Positions 58,668-64,000 of a stretch of 64,000 bases of DNA are shown in pieces. The stretch spans positions 434,001 to 498,000 of the forward strand of contig JANJGN010000150.1 of the NCBI GenBank assembly GCA_026770705.1. Direction: 5' to 3'. The notes beneath the pieces were generated by a model. It did not search any database. It was given only the letters and a program-made list of their open reading frames with translations, and was not told where the DNA came from. The translations under genes were made by a program, and so were the position numbers. The DNA is from Isurus oxyrinchus. Taxonomy: Eukaryota. How positions within the stretch are numbered: position 1 is the stretch's first letter; every line of letters starts with the position of its first letter.

Positions 58668-59469
58668 GAGCTTCCTTCAACTTAGCCAATGAGCCAAAAA
58701 TGTATTGAACTGTTTAAAGGAGACCTGTTTTTCAAAAGTACAAGATTAGACATTGATCAAAAATGGCTGTCACGAGTCACCTGATTGCTGATACTGCAAA
58801 CTTGATCACTTCTCTGGAAAGTTTCAAATGAATTGCACTACAGACATGTTGCATGAAAGTTCTCACTGAGGTGTGTCAGGGTCCACTTGAAACAGGGGCT
58901 CCCTTAAAAATGCAAAGCGCTGGACTCTGATCACTGTAGGTCTATCAAGGTAATGGGAACTGCTCACCATGCAGATATTCATCAACCATTCAAAACCCCT
59001 TGTGGAGGATGAAATGCCTCCATCTCGTGTTGATTTATATCTTGAAATGCATCAAATGTTTCAGAGATGCAAAGATCAAAAAATGGGATAACTTGGTCTG
59101 TAACAATGAATGCAAGACATGCTGATCGAATTCCCTTTGGGAATATACAGACAGGAGTTTAACAACAGGTTCTGTCAAGCAGATATAAGAGAAAGTAGGA
59201 GGAAAAAGAAAGATGGCAGTCACCCAAACACATTGCTGGAAAAGAGCAGAAATTCTCTCTCTCTCTCTCTCTCTTTCTGAAGCTAACAGAGCGTCTTTAA
59301 CAAAGTGCAAATCTGAATCAAATCACCACCAGGATGCCACAGGAAACCAATTAACCTTGAACAGCTGCAACCTTCAACAATTTATTTCTCAAAGACAAGC
59401 AAAGGTATTAATCATATATTCTTTTAAATTTTTATTAGACTCTAACTTTTTAATTCTGACGTTTGTCTG

Positions 59470-59471
59470 GG

Positions 59472-59511
<40 letters not shown>

Positions 59512-59890
59512 TGCCTATGTGTGTGTGTGTGTCTGTCTGTCTGTGTGCCTGTCTGTGCGAATTTATGTGAGTGTGTGTGTGTATGTCTCTCTGTGTCAGT
59601 GTGTGGGTGTGTCTGCCTGTGGAAGCGTGTGTCAGTGTGAACGTGTGTGAGTGTTTTTGTGTGTCTGCGTGTGTCTATGTGTCTGTGTGTATGTGTCTGC
59701 GTGCGTCTGTGTGAACTTGTGTGAGTGTGTGTGTGTCTGTCTGTGTGAACATGTGTGAATGTGTGTGAGTATGTGTGTGTCTGCGTCTCTGTGAACGTGT
59801 GTGAGTGTGTGTGTGTCTGTGTCTATGTGTGTGTGTGTGTGTGTCTGTGTATGTGCGTGTGTGTGTGTGTACCTGTGTGTGTGTGTATTG
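59470..59890. repeat. (TG)n-rich degenerate microsatellite
   Basis: Seen directly; other tracts at 39705-39800, 55485-55675, 56555-56840 and 60450-61040. Confidence 0.92.
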
Positions 59891-60079
59891 TCGCATCTTT
59901 ATTATTAACGTTATTTAAAAATAGTGATCACACAAGCCTGGTTTCTAAGGAAATGAAACTGCAAACAATTTACAGTAAAGTGAAATGTACAAGAATACTC
60001 TATTTATTTTGAGCTGATGATATATAATTATACATGAGGCATGTTGTTAATTTCAAACATCAATTGAAATATGGCAGTT

Positions 60080-60375
60080 CTGACAGAGCAGCATTCCCTC
60101 AGTGCTCATCCTCTGACAGTGCAGCACTCACTCAGCACTGAGCCTCTGACAGTGCAGCACTCCCTCACTACCGACCCTCTGACAGTGCAGCCGTCCCTCA
60201 GTACTGACCCTCTGACAGTGCAGCATTCCCTCAGTACTGACCCTCCGACAGTGCAGCACTCCCTCAGTACTAACCCTCTGGGATTGCAGCACTCCCTCAA
60301 TACTGACTGTATGGGAGTGCAGCACTCCCTCAGCGCAGACCCTCCAACAGTGCAGCACTCCCTCAGCACTCCCTC
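60080..60375. repeat. 33-bp satellite array
   Basis: Same unit; preceded by a ~180-bp flank that is duplicated at 62655-62825. Confidence 0.9.
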
Positions 60376-61829
60376 ACTGGTGAGTGTCCATCTGCGTTTT
60401 GAGCTGAAACCTTGAGATGGCCTCAAAACCCCAAACTTCCGTCTCGGAGACAGAAAGAAAGAGTGAGTGTGTGAGAGAGAGAGACAATGCGCGTGTGAGA
60501 CAGTGAGAGTGTGTATGTTTGAGAGAGAGAAGGATAGAGAGAAAGAGAAAATGTGTGTGAGAGAGCATGAGAGAGGTAGAGTGTGTGTGCATGAGAGAGG
60601 GAGGTAGCTTGTGTGTGTGAGAGAGAGAGTGTGTGTGAGAGAGCATGAGAGAGGTAGAGTGTGTGTGCATGAGAGAGGGAGGTAGCTTGTGTGTGTGAGA
60701 GAGAGAGTGTGTGTGAGAGAAAGAGAATATCTGTGTGAGAGTGAGAGAGAGTTTATGTGTGAGAGAGAAAGGTAGAGAGAGAATGTGTGTGTGAGATAGT
60801 GTGTGTGCGAAAGAGAGAGTGTGTCTGTGAGAGAGTTTGAGTATGTGAGAGAGTGTGTGTTTGAGATAGGGAGTGTGGGTGTGTTTAAGAGAGTGAACGA
60901 GTGAAAATGTGTGTATGTGTGTGTGTGTGACAGAGAGGGTGTGTGTGTTTGAGAAAGGGAGTGTGCGAGAGAGAGGTGGTGTGCGTGTCTGAGAGAGAGG
61001 GAGATTGTGCATTTGAGAGAGGGAGTGAGAGTGAACGTTGATGTNNNNNNNNNNNNNNNNNNNNNNNNNNNNNNNNNNNNNNNNNNNNNNNNNNNNNNNN
61101 NNNNNNNNNNNNNNNNNNNNNNNNNNNNNNNNNNNNNNNNNNNNNNNNNNNNNNNNNNNNNNNNNNNNNNNNNNNNNNNNNNNNNNNNNNNNNNNNNNNN
61201 NNNNNNNNNNNNNNNNNNNNNNNNNNNNNNNNNNNNNNNNNNNNNNNNNNNNNNNNNNNNNNNNNNNNNNNNNNNNNNNNNNNNNNNNNNNNNNNNNNNN
61301 NNNNNNNNNNNNNGTCGAGTTCACAGTTTCACACGTTGCTAGGGACCACTTTTCCGCCTCTCTGTCAGACTGTGTGTATCTGACAGCAGGTCAGGCAGAA
61401 ATAGTCCAGAATGCACTGTGGTTTTGTAGCATTGAAACAACGACATGAACTAAATGAGTGCTGCACCAAATAAAGACATGGAGTGACCACACCAAAAAAC
61501 CACGTGACTTCCCCAGTTTCACATCTCCCTCAAACACAGAAAAACTGGGTTAACACTGACCCTCCTCCCAGAGCCAGTTCACCTCGTGTCCGATGCAGTC
61601 AGGAGAGGAAGATCATCTCTCCTCCGATCCTGCTAAACTGAACATTTCCAGAATTAGATCAGCTCCCTGAAGTGTCTCCAGTTAGACATTCATCTGACAG
61701 GATTGACTCTACAACCCTGGGGACTCATTCTCCTGTAAGTAAAACATTTGCTGCTCCTGTCAAATCTCTTCTGTACAGCATGGTCTCTGGATGTCCCAGA
61801 ACACTTTACAATAGAGTTCACCCTTTTTT

Positions 61830-62055
61830 TGAAGTGTGGTTACTGTTGTAATGTAGGAAACGCAGCAGCCAATTAGCGCACAGCAAGCTCCCACAAACAG
61901 CAATGTGAGCATCTGTTTTCAGTGATGTTGGTTGAGGGATAAATACTGGTCCCAGGACACCGGGGAGATCTCCCCCCTGCTCTTCCTCCAAATAGTGGCT
62001 GTGGGATCTTTCACACCCGCCCGAGAGGGCAGACGGGGGTCTCGGTTTAATGTCT
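61830..62055 (-). mobile_element. SacSINE1/DeuSINE-like SINE fragment
   Basis: Minus strand reads ...TTAAACCGAGACCCCCGTCTGCCCTCTC...AAAGATCCCA...ATTTATCCCTCAACCAACATCACT...ATTGCTGTTTGTGGGAGCTTGCTGTGCGC (recalled consensus). Other fragments near 10570, 17185, 33810 and 53290-53620. Confidence 0.75.
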
Positions 62056-62823
62056 AATATTGGACTAATCTCCAGGCGAGGTTGGCTGGATGGATTATTG
62101 ACAAGGTCCATTCACCCTGTAAAGAGTTTCTCTGGTTTGAAATACCCGATCAAACATCGAGTTCTGTGTCTAAACCTTGTGTTGAAAAGACACCTTTCCA
62201 GCTCTTCACCTGCCATTAGCTTGTTGAGTCTTCACATGCTCCGTCTGTCCGTGACCAACCCCTCTTAGCTCATCCTTTCCTTGTCGTACATCGAGCTGTT
62301 CATCCTGACGGGTTCCCTCCTTCCCAGTAACACTCCAACTCCGACATCAAACTAACTCCCAACACGTTGATGAATTGTATGGATTCCAGCGTCAGTTGGT
62401 TCTGTCTGAGGCTGTTTCTCTGATCGGGGACCGAGCTGTTCTGAACGGACATTGTGTTCAGCAGTTCTTATTGCAGATCAGGCTGTTCAACCAATGCTGC
62501 TGTTCACTGAGGTGACTCCGATTCTACATTCACACATTAATGATCTCATGTCCAGCAGCAAACATCTGAATGAAGCCAGGTTCAAGAAAAATCCCAGCTG
62601 CTTGATCCGACAGTTATCTGTTCAGGCATGGCCCCTTGTTCCAAATAACAAACATTATTTAAAAATAGTCATCACATGAGCCTGGTTAACAAGGAAATGA
62701 AACCATGAACAATTTGCAGTAAAGTGAAACATACAGGACTAATCTATTTATATTGAGCTGATGATTTAGAATTTTAAATGAGGCATGTTGCTAATTTCAA
62801 ACATCATCTGAAGTATGGCAGTT

Positions 62824-63185
62824 CTGACAGTGCAGCACTCCCTCAGTACTGACCCTCCGACAGTGCAGCACTCCCTCAGGACTGACCCTCCGACAGTGCA
62901 GCACTCCCTCAGTACTTACACTCCGACAGTGCAGCACTCCCTCAGTACTGACACTCTGACAGTGCAGCACTCCCTCAGTACTGACACTCTGACAGTGCAG
63001 CACACCCTCAGTACTGACCCTCTGACAGTGCAGCACTCCCTCAGTACTGACCCTCTGACAGTGCAGCACTCCCTCAGTACTGACCCTCTGACAGTGCAGC
63101 ACTCCCTCAGTACTGACACTCTGACAGTGCAGCACTACCTCAGTACTGACCCTCCGACAGTGCAGCACTCCCTCAGTACTGACCC
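62824..63185. repeat. 33-bp satellite array
   Basis: Same unit. Confidence 0.92.
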
Positions 63186-63795
63186 AAGAGATAAAAGGAA
63201 TAGACTAAAGAGCTGAAGATTCAGCTGAATGAAACAAAAGAGGCAGTTACAGCAACAAGGTTACAGTACAGAAGGAGGCCATTCAGTCCCTCGAGCCTGT
63301 TACAAAGGAACAGAAGGAGGCCATACAGTCCCTCGAGCCTGTTACACAGGATCAGGTGGAGGCCATTCAGCCCCTCGAGCCTGTTACACAGGAACAGGAG
63401 GAGGCCATTCAGCCCCCTCGGGCCTGTCACACAGGAAAAGGAAGAGGCCTATTTAGCCACCTTGAATCTGTTACACGGGAACAGGATGAGGCCATTCAAC
63501 CACAGTCTTGGCACCAAAGGGATGAGGAATTGCAGAGACATGAGCTTTGGGACACCCTGAGGAGGTGAAAGGTGCTATGGAAATGCAAGTCCTTCCTTGC
63601 TTTTCTTTCTTAAAGCCTTGTAACTCTCTGCAGAGCACCTATCATCCCACAGAGAATCAAATTAGTCTGTGAAGACATTGTCTAAAAGCAGTTCTGATCT
63701 CTCAAGAGCATTCGGACAAGAGGTGAAGTCTCATTAACTCCTTTCTCTTTCAGAACTTCAGAGTTAGAAGCTGAGGAAATATCTGGGAGTGGACA

Positions 63796-63835
63796 ATGAT
63801 CGGTAAATCTTACTTCCTCCTGTCACTTCTCCAAG
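63796..63835 (+). CDS. Signal-peptide exon of a third paralog (gene C), continuing beyond the window
   Basis: MIGKSYFLLSLLQ then G|GTAATA; flanks 63515-64000 are paralogous to 8075-8560. Confidence 0.85.
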
Positions 63836-64000
63836 GTAATACCATCGTCAGCTCGGACAGATTCATGGTGAATAGTCTTTGTAAAAGATCATTCTTATTG
63901 AGCTCTGATTGGGAACTGATTCAGCAGTGAGGCAGTGTACAAACTCACACCAAGTCCCATTCACCCATCACCCCTGTGCTCACTGATATACACTGACTCC

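Noticed and set aside
62190-62455. Coding-looking minus-strand stretch (MSVQNSSVPDQR...)
   Set aside because: Short, stop-interrupted, and no family recognisable without a search.

Overview
Eukaryotic, repeat-rich genomic DNA. The SacSINE1/DeuSINE-like and CR1-like repeats suggest a cartilaginous fish (inference). The window holds a tandem, + strand cluster of spliced Siglec-type Ig-superfamily genes (CD33/MAG/CD22-like), reconstructed here by hand from AG/GT boundaries and reading phase. Gene A (CDS 8354-20243) reads signal peptide, V-set with the essential Arg, C2, [frameshifted V], C2, [truncated Ig exon], then a single TM exon with an intramembrane Arg and an 11-residue tyrosine-free tail, the signature of an activating receptor. 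Gene B (CDS 24975-50366) reads signal peptide, V lacking the essential Arg, V with Arg, five further Ig domains and an uncharged TM, followed by a duplicated cytoplasmic cassette giving either an ITSM-only or an ITIM+ITSM tail (inhibitory). The Arg-bearing V domains of A and B are about 87% identical by manual count, so the locus looks like a paired activating/inhibitory Siglec system analogous to mammalian Siglec-14/5. A third paralog begins at 63796. The rest is 33-bp SINE-derived satellite arrays (source of the long spurious ORFs), LINE-tail minisatellites, CR1/L2/RTE LINE, Gypsy and Penelope fragments, solo-LTR-like elements, a 100-bp-arm hairpin insertion with a 13-bp target-site duplication, and N-masked stretches. 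No database searches were run and transcript structures are predictions.
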